Positions 30,845-40,992 of a stretch of DNA of 64,000 bases are shown piece after piece; positions within the stretch are counted from its first letter, which is position 1, and every line of letters starts with the position of its first letter. The notes beneath the pieces are model-generated. The model saw nothing but the letters and a program-made list of their open reading frames with translations. It ran no database searches and was not told where the DNA came from. The DNA lies in contig OZ219926.1 in NCBI GenBank assembly GCA_964291405.2, forward strand, positions 1,504,001-1,568,000. The letters run 5' to 3'. The DNA is from Thermodesulfobacteriota bacterium (GTDB taxonomy: Bacteria > Desulfobacterota > Binatia > Bin18). Position numbers and translations under genes: made by a program.

Positions 30845-30917
30845 CCCTCTACTCTCCCTGAGCGCTTTCCTTCGAGAGTCCATTCGTTCCATACACAGCC
30901 CAAGCCATTGTTTTCTC

Positions 30918-32825
30918 CTAGGTTTTTCGCAGCTTGCGTACATCACCGACTCGGACCGTGAGGCCGCTACGGTCGAAGTATTCCAGCAGGGGAATGGCAG
31001 TTTTTCGGCTAATACCGAGCAGGTCACGAAATATGGCCGCGGTAATTTCTCCGTGAGTCGCCACGTAGTCAGTCAGTGCCTCCTTCGCTTGACCTAGCAC
31101 TGTTCCACTGATGTAGAAATCCGGTATAATTTTGACCAGCGTGCCCCGTGACTCAAGCACCCCTAAGAAATCGTTCAGCCGCTTACGAGGAAGTTGTAGT
31201 AACTCCGCCAGCCCCTTCGTGTCCGGTGGGGTGAATTGTCCGTCTTGCACGAGCCGTTCGAGGCGAGCGGCGATGGCCTGCTCTTCCTGGCTCAACGAGA
31301 CAGTGTGGGAGGGCAGACGCAGCAGGCTCTCGTGGCGAACAACAATCCCCTCCGCAATAAGCCGTTCGGCCACAGCCCGAAAAATCTTGGGAGTCAGGCT
31401 AAACGGCAATTGGCTTCGCACCGACTCCATTTCCATCCCCTGAGCCAGCGGAGTCTGGGCGTGAAAGACGGTCAGCATCTTTTCGACGGCGGCAACCAAC
31501 CGCTGCCATTTTGTCGTAATGGAATAGGCTTCGGGATGCTGGGCATCGGGAAAAGGCAGAATCGCCTCATCGTTTGCAAGCAGGACAGTAATTTCCTCCT
31601 CCCGCGCATTCACCCCATGGTAAATCTCGTCCAGCCGGACGGCAAACTGCGGGCAAACTTCCAGATAGGCGTGGCAGGCCTCACGCAGGTCTAGGGTTTG
31701 CAGGGCATGCAAGCGTTCCGTGACCTGAGTTTCCGCCTTACGGTGGCGTTGGGCAAAAGGATTGACCACCACCCCGCCACCCAAGGTCCCCTGCGCGGTT
31801 TGATTTCGCAGCACGAAGTGGTCCCCGCGCAGGGCAACCAAGGGCTCCTGGGCGACAATTTGACACAGGGCTGTCGATTTCGGCGGCAAGACCTCATGCC
31901 CACCAAGCAAGATGATTTTTCCAATGACTTCTGCCGTGCCAAGATGAATGCGCACCCGCTCGTGGTTCACGACCTCGCGTCCCGCGCTCGGCCGAATTTC
32001 GACGCTGGCATCAAAACGGGTGGTCGTCATACTGACTTTGGGATGACACACGACATGGCCACGAGCCATCTCCGCCTTATCCAGTCCGACCAGATTCAGC
32101 GCAACCCGCTGCCCCCAATGCGCTTCGGACATGTCCTCCCCATGGACTTGGAGCGAACGCACGCGCGCTTCGCTCTGCGTCGGAAGCACGCGGACGGTCT
32201 CACCTTCTCGGACGGTTCCGGCCAGCGCGGTTCCGGTCACAACAACCCCGTGCCCTTTGAGCGTAAAGACCCGATCGACCGGCAGCCGAAAGTATCCGGG
32301 CTGGGAGGGCCGGCTATAGGCTTCAAGCTGCCGCGCAATCTCCTGTTGCAGGCTGTCCAAACCTTGACCGGTAATAGAGGAGACCGGCAGGATGGGTGCA
32401 TCTTCAAAAATGGTGTCAATCGTCAGAATTTCGATTTCTTCCCGGACCTCTTCAATCCGCTCGGGACCCACCATATCGGCTTTTGTAATAACGAAGAGAC
32501 CTTTTTGGACGCCCAGCAAGTGGAGAAAATCGAAATGCTCTTCGGTTTGGGGCATCACGCCATCGTCCGCGGCAACGGTAAACAGCACCAAGTCTATCCC
32601 TTGGGCGCCGGCCAGCATATTGCGGATAAAACGCTCGTGACCAGGCACATCAACGATCCCGGCCCGTTCACCATTGGGCAAATCCAGATAGGCAAAGCCG
32701 AGATCAATGGAGATGCCCCGTTCCTTTTCCTCTTTGAGCCGGTCAGTGTCGTGTCCGGTCAGAGCCTTGAGCAAGGAGGTCTTGCCGTGGTCAATATGTC
32801 CGGCAGTGCCAATAATATGCGGCAT
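30918..32825 (-). CDS. selB: Selenocysteine-specific elongation factor
   Basis: [40 protein letters not shown]-terminal winged helix [20 protein letters not shown]. Confidence 0.96.
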   Translation of the reverse strand: MPHIIGTAGHIDHGKTSLLKALTGHDTDRLKEEKERGISIDLGFAYLDLPNGERAGIVDVPGHERFIRNMLAGAQGIDLVLFTVAADDGVMPQTEEHFDFLHLLGVQKGLFVITKADMVGPERIEEVREEIEILTIDTIFEDAPILPVSSITGQGLDSLQQEIARQLEAYSRPSQPGYFRLPVDRVFTLKGHGVVVTGTALAGTVREGETVRVLPTQSEARVRSLQVHGEDMSEAHWGQRVALNLVGLDKAEMARGHVVCHPKVSMTTTRFDASVEIRPSAGREVVNHERVRIHLGTAEVIGKIILLGGHEVLPPKSTALCQIVAQEPLVALRGDHFVLRNQTAQGTLGGGVVVNPFAQRHRKAETQVTERLHALQTLDLREACHAYLEVCPQFAVRLDEIYHGVNAREEEITVLLANDEAILPFPDAQHPEAYSITTKWQRLVAAVEKMLTVFHAQTPLAQGMEMESVRSQLPFSLTPKIFRAVAERLIAEGIVVRHESLLRLPSHTVSLSQEEQAIAARLERLVQDGQFTPPDTKGLAELLQLPRKRLNDFLGVLESRGTLVKIIPDFYISGTVLGQAKEALTDYVATHGEITAAIFRDLLGISRKTAIPLLEYFDRSGLTVRVGDVRKLRKT

Positions 32826-32956
32826 AACGCGCCCCTGAGACAGGAGCGCATTGTGTCAAAAAGAAGGGTGGAAAGAAATCCCTCAAAAGCAAATAGTGAT
32901 CCAGACGGCCAAGACGAGACACCGAGACTTGTGCTATCAAGCGTGCTTGACCCTGT

Positions 32957-33601
32957 ATGAAACAACTCGCACACCTGAGCCCTGAAGAAGTCAGGCAGAC
33001 CGCTCGCACGACCCTCGCTTTCTATGACCGGTTTGCAGAAGCGTTCTGGCACGGGACGCAGGACCACGACGTCAGTCAGAACCGGGCCGCCCTGCTCGAT
33101 CATGTAGCGGGAGACGGCCCGTATTCCATCCTCGACTTCGGCTGCGGTCCGGGCCGTGACCTGGCAGCCTTTCGCGACCTGGGCCACGAGGCCGTTGGCC
33201 TGGACGGTGCGGAACGCTTTGTTGAAATGGCCAGACGACAGACGGGCTGCGAGGTGTGGCATCAGGATTTTCTTGATCTGAGATTACCGCCTGAGCGCTT
33301 TGACGGCATCTTTGCCAATGCCTCCCTCTTTCATATTCCGAGCCAGGAGTTGCCGCGAATTCTCAGGCAGCTTTGGGACACGCTTAAACCAAACGGAATT
33401 CTGTTCAGCTCAAACCCGCGCGGGCATGACCAAGAAGGCTGGCAAGACCATCGCTATAGCAGTTTCTACACGTTTGAGACCTGGCGACAGCTCCTCACGC
33501 AGACACAGTTTCAAGAAGTCATGCATTACTACCGTCCACCCGGAAAACCGCGCCAGCAGCAGCCCTGGCTGGCCACCGTGTGGCGCAAGGCCGTTGCCTA
33601 G
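32957..33601 (+). CDS. Class I SAM-dependent methyltransferase
   Basis: ILDFGCGPGRD, GLDG, FDGIFANASLFH. Confidence 0.9.
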   Translation: MKQLAHLSPEEVRQTARTTLAFYDRFAEAFWHGTQDHDVSQNRAALLDHVAGDGPYSILDFGCGPGRDLAAFRDLGHEAVGLDGAERFVEMARRQTGCEVWHQDFLDLRLPPERFDGIFANASLFHIPSQELPRILRQLWDTLKPNGILFSSNPRGHDQEGWQDHRYSSFYTFETWRQLLTQTQFQEVMHYYRPPGKPRQQQPWLATVWRKAVA

Positions 33602-33681
33602 GCGGCCGTTCCGCCGCACGGCGGAGAACTACTCCTACCGTCTGTTCTCTGCTATGTGTCGCACACGAAAGGAGCACGACG

Positions 33682-34161
33682 ATGCGGAACAATGCGTACA
33701 GGACCATCGTATGGGGGGCCATCCTTACCCTCAGCCTGACCGGCGTGGTGTGGGCTGAGGGGGACAAACGGACGGTTGAGAGCTTTCTGGCCGAAAGTCG
33801 GAATGCCACCATGGCCACGATTCGAGCCAATGGCACTCCCCAGCTCACCCCGGTCTGGTTTGTATGGGATGGTGAGCAATTTATCATCTCCATTACCACC
33901 GAGCGCGCCAAATATAAAAACCTGGTCCGCGACGCCCGCATGAGCCTGTGCATCGACGACGTCACCGGCTTTGGCTATGTCACGGCTGAGGGCAAGGTCG
34001 AAATCCGCGAGCAGGATATTTGGGAGGATACCCGAAAAATCCTGGTGAAATATCAGGGCGAGGAAGGCGGCGCGGAATATCTGGAACGCATGAAAACGGA
34101 ACCCCGGGTTCTGGTTGTCATGAAGCCCACCCGGATGGAGACCATGGGGTTGGCAAAATAA
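33682..34161 (+). CDS. PPOX-class (split beta-barrel, possibly F420-binding) oxidoreductase with N-terminal signal peptide
   Basis: AAGGAG RBS before ATG 33682; MATIRANGTPQLTPVWF, RAKYKNLVRDARMSLCI, RVLVVMKP; N-terminus MRNNAYRTIVWGAILTLSLTGVVWA. Confidence 0.8.
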   Translation: MRNNAYRTIVWGAILTLSLTGVVWAEGDKRTVESFLAESRNATMATIRANGTPQLTPVWFVWDGEQFIISITTERAKYKNLVRDARMSLCIDDVTGFGYVTAEGKVEIREQDIWEDTRKILVKYQGEEGGAEYLERMKTEPRVLVVMKPTRMETMGLAK

Positions 34162-34175
34162 CGTCGGCCCCTGTG

Positions 34176-34505
34176 CTACGCCGGGGACCGAGTTGTTCCA
34201 CATTTCCAGCAGGCGGTAAACTGGCCTTCCAGATTCTCCCCGCAGCGTAGACAGCGCCAGGGGGGCGCGCCTTCCTGGTCGGCCCGAGCACCGTGATCAT
34301 AGGCTTGGGCGATCGTCCGGCCCTGGTCAAAGTCCATGTCGTTCGCCACCCACACGGAAGGATTGGTATCAGCGGTGACCGGCAGGCTGCCACGGAGAGG
34401 AAATAGATGCTCGCCCTGGACAATGGCTTCGATGCCCTCGGCTTCGAGCAGTCCCTTGACCAGATGCGCTTCGGTCGGGTCGTGAGCGGTGTAGACACGC
34501 TTCAT
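34176..34505 (-). CDS. DUF2007-domain protein with C-terminal zinc ribbon
   Basis: MKRVYTA..EAHLVKGLLEAEGI, WRCLRCGE..FTACWKCG. Confidence 0.8.
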   Translation of the reverse strand: MKRVYTAHDPTEAHLVKGLLEAEGIEAIVQGEHLFPLRGSLPVTADTNPSVWVANDMDFDQGRTIAQAYDHGARADQEGAPPWRCLRCGENLEGQFTACWKCGTTRSPA

Positions 34506-34524
34506 AGCGGTTGACCGGCTCTCT

Positions 34525-35946
34525 TTAGGGAAAAATACCGAGTTCCATATACGAGACGGCAATTTTTTTCATCGCGCTGATAAAGGCTGCCGTGCGCAGG
34601 TCGGGCACCCGTGAATCCCCTTTCCACTCTTCATAGATCTGATGATAGGCGGTAATCATGGTTTCCTCCAGCCCCGAATTCACCAGATCGATTTCATCCG
34701 CACCATGCACAATTGCCCGGCGCTCCGCCTCCGGCAGCCAGGTGTCCGTCAGGCGCTCAATCGTGTGAAGAATCTTATCAAAGGCGGATTGCTCAAAGCG
34801 CTTGCCCATCCGACCCAGTTGGACATGAGACAGATTCTTCAGCCACTCAAAATACGAGACCGTCACCCCACCGGCGTTCAGATACACATCGGGAATGATC
34901 CACACGCCCCTGGCGGATAAGATGTCCTCAGCCTGGGCGGTGACCGGGCCGTTGGCGGCCTCGGCAACGATCTTGGCCTGGATGCGGGGAGCATTCGTCT
35001 CGGTAATTTGGTTTTCGAGTGCGGCCGGAATCAGGATGTCACACTCCCGTTCTAAAACAGCAGAGGATGGGGCGATGTTCTCCGCCCCCGGGAAATCAAG
35101 AATGGAACGCGTCTCTCGCCGGTGGGCGAGGACCGCGGCAACATCGAGTCCCCGCGGGTTATAAATCCCGCCTTCATATTCGGCAATACCGACAATCCGA
35201 CAGCCTCCCTCCTGGCAGAATTTCGCCGTATGAGAACCTACATTGCCAAGCCCCTGCACAACGACCGTCTTGTCCTCCAGCCCGGGGCTCAGGCCGATCC
35301 GTTTCATATCTTCAGCCTGTTCACACGCTTCGCGCAGCCCGAAATACACTCCGCGCCCGGTTGCCTCGACCCGGCCTTGTATCCCACCTTGGGTGATGGG
35401 CTTTCCGGTCACACAGGCCGCGGCGTCAATCTGGCCCGGATAAAACGAGGCATAGGTATCAAAAATCCAGGCCATCTCACGGCCGCCGGTGCCATAATCG
35501 GGAGCCGGGACGTCAACGCCGGGACCAATGAAATTCTTCTTGATCAGTTCGGCCGTATAGCGTCGCGTGATCCGCTCTATTTCGTCAGGCGTATAGCGAT
35601 TCGGATCGATCTGGACCCCACCCTTTGCGCCCCCGAATGGGACGTCAACCAGAGCGCATTTATACGTCATCAATGCCGCCAGCGCCTTGACCTCATGTTC
35701 GCTCACCTCTGGCGCATACCGAATGCCGCCCTTACACGGCGCTTTGTGGTGGCTGTGTTGCACCCGCCAGCCGGAGATGACCTCGTAGCCGTGCTGCGTT
35801 TTTATGGGGAAATGCACGGTATACACGCTGTTACAGGTGCGTATCTGCGCGAGCAGGCCCTCCGGATAGGTCAGGAATCGGGCCGCCCTATCGAAACTCC
35901 GGTTCACGTTCTCAAAAAAACCGAGTGTTCCGTTTGTCTTTGGCAT
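34525..35946 (-). CDS. gdh: Glutamate dehydrogenase
   Basis: [56 protein letters not shown]; GGAGGG RBS before ATG 35946. Confidence 0.93.
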   Translation of the reverse strand: MPKTNGTLGFFENVNRSFDRAARFLTYPEGLLAQIRTCNSVYTVHFPIKTQHGYEVISGWRVQHSHHKAPCKGGIRYAPEVSEHEVKALAALMTYKCALVDVPFGGAKGGVQIDPNRYTPDEIERITRRYTAELIKKNFIGPGVDVPAPDYGTGGREMAWIFDTYASFYPGQIDAAACVTGKPITQGGIQGRVEATGRGVYFGLREACEQAEDMKRIGLSPGLEDKTVVVQGLGNVGSHTAKFCQEGGCRIVGIAEYEGGIYNPRGLDVAAVLAHRRETRSILDFPGAENIAPSSAVLERECDILIPAALENQITETNAPRIQAKIVAEAANGPVTAQAEDILSARGVWIIPDVYLNAGGVTVSYFEWLKNLSHVQLGRMGKRFEQSAFDKILHTIERLTDTWLPEAERRAIVHGADEIDLVNSGLEETMITAYHQIYEEWKGDSRVPDLRTAAFISAMKKIAVSYMELGIFP

Positions 35947-36060
35947 GAGACTCCCCTCCCCTCCATGTTCGTTGACTTCGTTTATTGTATCAGAACATAA
36001 AAGAGGTTTTGGGCACCCCAGCGTTATATTTATTCGCCCCATTGACCTAGACGGAGAGGC

Positions 36061-37230
36061 ATGAAACCTCGGGCCATTATGCACCCGCACCCATCATTGC
36101 CCTTCTCCCGGTATCAGGATGCGACGGGCCCGGAACGGATTCTCTCCTTTTATGATCCGGCCAGTCAGATGCGAGCGGTGATTGTCATTGATACGACCGC
36201 TTTCGGCATGAGCGCGGGTGGCGTGCGGATGCTGCCCGACCTGTCGGTTGAAGAGATGATCCGCCTGGCTCGGGCTATGACGTATAAATATCTGATGCTC
36301 GAATTCCCGGCCGGGGGTGCAAAAGCCGGCATCTGGTACGACCCGGCTACCCAGGACCGCCAGGCAGTTCTGGACGCGTTTCTCCAGGTTCTTCAGCCCC
36401 TGTACGAAAAACGGACCTATTATCCTGGCGCGGACATGGGGACATCGGACGATGACTTTCTGCCGTTACGGAACGCGGCGGGGAAGCGGCGCTATAGTGG
36501 GTTGCGGACCAAACAGTTTGAGGGATTGCCACTTGAAGACCAATTGACAGGCTTTGGCGTGGTTGAGTCAGCCCTGGTGGCGGCCAAGGCCTTTCAACTG
36601 CCCGTACACGGCGCAACGGTTGCCATTGAGGGGTTCGGCAAGGTTGGGGGCGGGGCGGCCCGTTTCTTTATCCGTGCGGGAGCCCAGGCGGTGGCCGTCT
36701 CAACTCTGGCCGGCACCCGTTACGACCCGAAGGGTCTGGATGTCGAGAGGCTCTTGGAACTGCGCCAAGAGTATGGAGATGAGGTCGTCCGTCACTATCG
36801 AGGCGGGAGGCTGCTCTCTCGGCGCACACTCTTCACGCTGCCGGTTGATATCCTCATTCCCGGCGCCCGCCCGGATGTTATCCATGCCAAGAATGTTGAG
36901 CGGATTCAGGCCAAACTGGTTGTCCCGGCCGCGAACATTCCGTTTCGGCCGTCGATTGCGAACCGCCTGTCCCAGCGCGGGGTCGGCGTCGTGCCCGATT
37001 TTGTCTCAAACGGCGGCGGGGTCCTGGCCGCGCTGGCCGATATCAAGGGACTCGGGACCGAGAAATCCTTTACCTTTGTCAGTGAACATATTCGGAAGAA
37101 TACCAAACTGGTACTTTCGCGGAGCAAACGCTCGCGCTGTACGCCGTTTGAGGCGGCACTCAGGATTGTTCGAGAGCGCTGGAAAAAGACCGCGCAGACA
37201 CGTCAGCCGCTTGTTGCCGATGACGCGTAA
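36061..37230 (+). CDS. Divergent Glu/Leu/Phe/Val dehydrogenase family protein
   Basis: [42 protein letters not shown]. Confidence 0.85.
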   Translation: MKPRAIMHPHPSLPFSRYQDATGPERILSFYDPASQMRAVIVIDTTAFGMSAGGVRMLPDLSVEEMIRLARAMTYKYLMLEFPAGGAKAGIWYDPATQDRQAVLDAFLQVLQPLYEKRTYYPGADMGTSDDDFLPLRNAAGKRRYSGLRTKQFEGLPLEDQLTGFGVVESALVAAKAFQLPVHGATVAIEGFGKVGGGAARFFIRAGAQAVAVSTLAGTRYDPKGLDVERLLELRQEYGDEVVRHYRGGRLLSRRTLFTLPVDILIPGARPDVIHAKNVERIQAKLVVPAANIPFRPSIANRLSQRGVGVVPDFVSNGGGVLAALADIKGLGTEKSFTFVSEHIRKNTKLVLSRSKRSRCTPFEAALRIVRERWKKTAQTRQPLVADDA

Positions 37231-37287
37231 CGGCATGTTGCTTTTTCCTCAAGCGGGAGCCCAGAATCGTAGAACGGAGAGAAAAGT

Positions 37288-38160
37288 ATGGAGTTTCACA
37301 CACGCACAGTCACGGCAAACGGCATCCACTTTCACTGCCTCGAAGTTGGTCGCGGGCCGCTCGTCCTGTGTTTGCACGGCTTTCCGGATAATGCCTATAC
37401 CTATCGCACCCTCCTACCGGTCCTGGCCGAGGCGGGTTTTCATGCGGTCGCGCCGTTCATGCGCGGCTATGCCCCGACGTCTGCCCCAGCGGACGGACGC
37501 TATCAATCGGTCCTGCTCGCGCAAGACGCCGTCGCGTTGATTACGGCTTTAGGAGCTGAGCAGGCGAGTGTCGTTGGACATGACTGGGGCGCGTTTGCGA
37601 CCTTTGGAGCGGCCGCCCTCGCGCCGGAACAGATACAAAAAATTGTCGTCCTTGCAGTCGCGCATCCGGGGGCCATGCTGGGCGCATTAGCCTCGGACTA
37701 CGACATGATCAAAGGCGGCTGGCACGCCTACTTTTTTCAGATGCCGTTTGCCGAACAAGCGGTCTCAGCCCACGATCTCGCCTTTATCGAGCGCTGGTGG
37801 CAGGACGCCTCGCCCGAGTATGATATTCCGACAGAGATCATAGCCAGTGTGAAAGAGACTTTTCGGCAGCCGGGAGTGGTGACCGCCGCGCTCAATTACT
37901 ACCGGCATACGTTTCACCCTGATAATCGAGACCCGGCCTTACAGGCCCTCCAGGAAAAGATGGCCGCCCCCACCACGGTTCCGACGCTTGCCCTGCATGG
38001 GACACGAGACCGGCCAGGCCGTCTTACGGCGTTCAACGCCATGGACCATTTGTTCACCCAGGGCCTGGAAAAAGAAATCTATCCGGGGCTTGGACATTTC
38101 CTGCATCTGGAAAAGCCAGACGAAATCAACCCACGGGTTGTTGAATTCCTCACATCGTGA
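37288..38160 (+). CDS. Alpha/beta hydrolase, epoxide-hydrolase-like
   Basis: HGFP, RGY, GHDWGA nucleophile, LNYYR, GHFLHLE. Confidence 0.88.
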   Translation: MEFHTRTVTANGIHFHCLEVGRGPLVLCLHGFPDNAYTYRTLLPVLAEAGFHAVAPFMRGYAPTSAPADGRYQSVLLAQDAVALITALGAEQASVVGHDWGAFATFGAAALAPEQIQKIVVLAVAHPGAMLGALASDYDMIKGGWHAYFFQMPFAEQAVSAHDLAFIERWWQDASPEYDIPTEIIASVKETFRQPGVVTAALNYYRHTFHPDNRDPALQALQEKMAAPTTVPTLALHGTRDRPGRLTAFNAMDHLFTQGLEKEIYPGLGHFLHLEKPDEINPRVVEFLTS

Positions 38161-38217
38161 ATGTGCGTGAGAAGAATCTTCTGGGCTTACCAGGAGAACC
38201 GCTGCTTACTCCACCCT

Positions 38218-39126
38218 CTACCGAAACGCCTCGATCACTTCCTGCAAGGCGACCATTTGGTTGCCGTTGGCTGACGAGGGCACCAGAATGGGCGTTTTGA
38301 GGCCGGTATCATACCAGGCTTCCACGCCGGCTCTGACCTCGGACACACTGCCGTACAGGGTGACCTGACTCAGCCAGCGGTCAGACATGAGAGACGGGAT
38401 TTTCTCGTCTTCCTTATTGGCCATGGCCTGCTGGATGGCCCGCATTTCCTCTTCATAGCCGGCTTCGATCCAATACTGCTGGTAGTTGGGTAAGCGGACA
38501 TAGGTGCTGAGTGTCCGTCGGTGGACTTTCGCGGCTGCCTCTTTATCGTCCGAGATAACAGTCGGAATCATATTGCCAACAAAAAAATCATCGTCCTGCA
38601 TTTTCTCCTGCGGCAGAAAGCCCAGCGACGTGACCATATGCGACCGGGCCGCATTGGCCCATACCGCGCCCTGAGAAATCTCGGCCGACAGTTTGACCAT
38701 GGCCTTGCGTAAGGTGGCCAGGACAATGGGCGGCAGCGCATCCTTTCGGCCAACGCTGCCGTGCAGATCGGAGACAAATTGACGCATATCGGCCAGTGGC
38801 TTGCCGGCCTTCACCTTCAGGCGGTTCAGCATCGGGCCGTGGCTCACGCCCACGCCAAACCGGAAGCGTCCGCCCGAGACCTCATGAATAAGGGCCGCAG
38901 TTTGGGCAAAATCATACGGATGGCGGGTATACATATTGGCAATGCTGGTCCCGAACGGAATCTCGTTGGTGGCAAAGGCCAGGGCCTCGCACAGGCCAAT
39001 ACAGTCGCCCACACTCTGACAGTAAATGCCGCTGAAGCCTTCCTGCTCGATTTGGGTTGCCACTTCCAGGGTTTGTTTTCTTCGTCCAGCAACGGCGACT
39101 AAGGCGATGGCCGGTTTCTGCGTCAT
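38218..39126 (-). CDS. LLM-class flavin/F420-dependent oxidoreductase
   Basis: FGTSIANMYTRHP, SGGRFRFGVGVSH, PPIVLATL. Confidence 0.85.
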   Translation of the reverse strand: MTQKPAIALVAVAGRRKQTLEVATQIEQEGFSGIYCQSVGDCIGLCEALAFATNEIPFGTSIANMYTRHPYDFAQTAALIHEVSGGRFRFGVGVSHGPMLNRLKVKAGKPLADMRQFVSDLHGSVGRKDALPPIVLATLRKAMVKLSAEISQGAVWANAARSHMVTSLGFLPQEKMQDDDFFVGNMIPTVISDDKEAAAKVHRRTLSTYVRLPNYQQYWIEAGYEEEMRAIQQAMANKEDEKIPSLMSDRWLSQVTLYGSVSEVRAGVEAWYDTGLKTPILVPSSANGNQMVALQEVIEAFR

Positions 39127-39227
39127 AGAGCCTCCTTCTTAAGTTTCAAAGCCGCCGGATTGTAGCTGGTGTGAGCGGAAGTTGCTATCGAGTACGGGGA
39201 CAAGCCGGTCCCCGCATGTGGCTGAAC

Positions 39228-39251
39228 AAAAAAGGCCGGCAAAGCCGGCCT
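39228..39251 (-). terminator. Intrinsic terminator of the ABM gene
   Basis: AGGCCGGC-AAA-GCCGGCCT stem with an A-tract on the left (U-tract on the minus strand). Confidence 0.7.
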
Positions 39252-39280
39252 GTCCAAAATCCAAATCAGAGCGGAATGTG

Positions 39281-39577
39281 CTACACGTCAATGCGGTCGT
39301 AATATCGAATACTCGCCGGACTGGCCAACTTTGAGCTGAGATTCTCAAAATCGCCTCTCTCGGTCCGCCAGTTCAGATATTTCTGATAGTGCTCGCGAGA
39401 ATCCCAGAGTTCGTAGAACACGAGGTTGGTCGACTCGTCGAGATTGCCGTAGATATCAATGCCCTGGCAGCCGTCGTAGGCCCGCGTATCCGGTAATGCC
39501 TCTCTCAGATAATCTTTCACCTCTTCCACGCATTCGGGTTTGACTTGTATTTCCAGCAGAACAACCGTTGTACCCAT
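39281..39577 (-). CDS. Antibiotic biosynthesis monooxygenase (ABM) family protein
   Basis: AAGGAGG RBS; LPDTRAYDGC, ELWDSREHYQKYLNWR. Confidence 0.85.
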   Translation of the reverse strand: MGTTVVLLEIQVKPECVEEVKDYLREALPDTRAYDGCQGIDIYGNLDESTNLVFYELWDSREHYQKYLNWRTERGDFENLSSKLASPASIRYYDRIDV

Positions 39578-39699
39578 TCTGGTCTCCTCCTTTATGAATA
39601 TGTCTCTGCGTATTGAGTTGCACGGCCTTGCCAGGATATCAACCCCTGGACCTGACAATAGGTCTTGCGCTATAAGAAAAGAAAAAACAGGAGGTGATT

Positions 39700-39906
39700 A
39701 TGCCACAAGTAATTGGTGGAGAAATCGGTGAGATTAAAGAGGACCTTTGGTCCTGCGGTCCCTGTCAGGACACCACTGGCGTCGAGCATAAGGACACCCT
39801 GGCCAGGGTGCTGATGTGCTGTGCCACCAAGCACGATGCCTGGGAAACCACTCAGGACGCAGAGAAAAAGATCGTCACAATTAAGTCCCGAAAGGCGGAC
39901 CGTTAA
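39700..39906 (+). CDS. Standalone 68 aa Cys-rich hypothetical protein
   Basis: AGGAGGT RBS, CGPC and CCATKH motifs, own terminator. Confidence 0.75.
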   Translation: MPQVIGGEIGEIKEDLWSCGPCQDTTGVEHKDTLARVLMCCATKHDAWETTQDAEKKIVTIKSRKADR

Positions 39907-39948
39907 GCGCCGGCGCTGGCCAGCGATATTCGCGTTGATACAGCATAC

Positions 39949-39980
39949 GAGCCCACCGCACCCCGGTGGGCTCTTTTTTT
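39949..39980 (+). terminator. Intrinsic terminator
   Basis: GAGCCCACCG-CACCC-CGGTGGGCTC followed by T7. Confidence 0.9.
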
Positions 39981-40066
39981 CTTTCCCGTGCAGGCCAGCC
40001 CTTGCCGTCCGGTGACGACTCGCATATGCAACCAGAAAAATCCATACGGACGAAGGAGGGCCAGGC

Positions 40067-40888
40067 ATGAGTTATTGGCAGACTGAACAGAGTGACGGAG
40101 TCGTGATCGCAAAATACCATAACCCGCCGATGAATTATTTCTGTGCGGAAGGCACCCAGGAGTTGTGGAAACTGATCGAGGACTGGCGCGACCCCGCTAT
40201 CCGGGCCGTCGTGTTAACCGGCGCGATGGAAGGCAAGTTCATTACCCACTACAGCGTGGAAGAGTTGGTTGATCTGGCCAAGGACCGGGAAGCCATGCGG
40301 CTGGCTGGCACCTCGCTGACCACCGCCTATCATGCCATGCTGAAGAATTTGAGCGACCTGCCCAAGGCTATCATCGTTGCCATGAACGGGGACACCATGG
40401 GCGGGGGGTTTGAACTGAGCCTGTCGTGCGACCTGCGTATCGGTCAAAAAGGTGACTATCGCTACGGGTTTCCGGAAGTCAAACTCGGCATTCTGCCTGG
40501 CGGCAGCGGCACCCAGCGTCTGTCGCGGCTGATCGGGATCGGACGCGCGCTTGAGTTTGTGATTCGCTCTCGCGTGGTCCCGCCCGACGAAGCGCTCCAT
40601 TTCGGTCTGGTCCACGAAGTAGCCGACGACGCGCTCGCCCGCGCCACGGAAATCGCCCACGAGATTGCCAACTTCCCGCCGATTGCCGTCGCCCGCGCCA
40701 AGCACGCGGTCTATGCCGGCAACGATACTCACCTCGCCGCCGGGCTCGATATTGAAAGCTCGGCCTTTCTGGAAACTATGTTGTCCGAGGACGGCCTGCT
40801 GGCCATGCAGACCTATATCGATCTGCCGTACGAGAAACGGCGCGACTGGCTCGATAACCCAACCAACCCCGGCTATACAGGCAAGTAA
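40067..40888 (+). CDS. Enoyl-CoA hydratase/isomerase family protein
   Basis: AMNGDTMGGGFELSLSCDLR, FPEVKLGILPGGSGTQRL. Confidence 0.92.
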   Translation: MSYWQTEQSDGVVIAKYHNPPMNYFCAEGTQELWKLIEDWRDPAIRAVVLTGAMEGKFITHYSVEELVDLAKDREAMRLAGTSLTTAYHAMLKNLSDLPKAIIVAMNGDTMGGGFELSLSCDLRIGQKGDYRYGFPEVKLGILPGGSGTQRLSRLIGIGRALEFVIRSRVVPPDEALHFGLVHEVADDALARATEIAHEIANFPPIAVARAKHAVYAGNDTHLAAGLDIESSAFLETMLSEDGLLAMQTYIDLPYEKRRDWLDNPTNPGYTGK

Positions 40889-40897
40889 CCGCTCTCT

Positions 40898-40930
40898 TCT
40901 CTCGGAAACCCTCTATTGGTTTCCGAGAGA
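40898..40930. terminator. 13 bp stem hairpin, probable terminator or mRNA-stabilising element
   Basis: TCTCTCGGAAACC-CTCTATT-GGTTTCCGAGAGA immediately after the stop. Confidence 0.6.
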
Positions 40931-40992
40931 TATTCCTTTTTCATAAAGACTATCGTCCTCGAAAGACACCATAGAGAGCGAGAAGAATCATT

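Noticed and set aside
30600-30917. tRNA-Sec (selC) next to selB
   Set aside because: No cloverleaf with a TCA anticodon and T-loop was found on either strand.
39700-39906. Small Cys-rich ORF as a RiPP precursor
   Set aside because: No radical SAM, YcaO, LanM, peptidase or exporter gene nearby; retained only as a small-protein finding.
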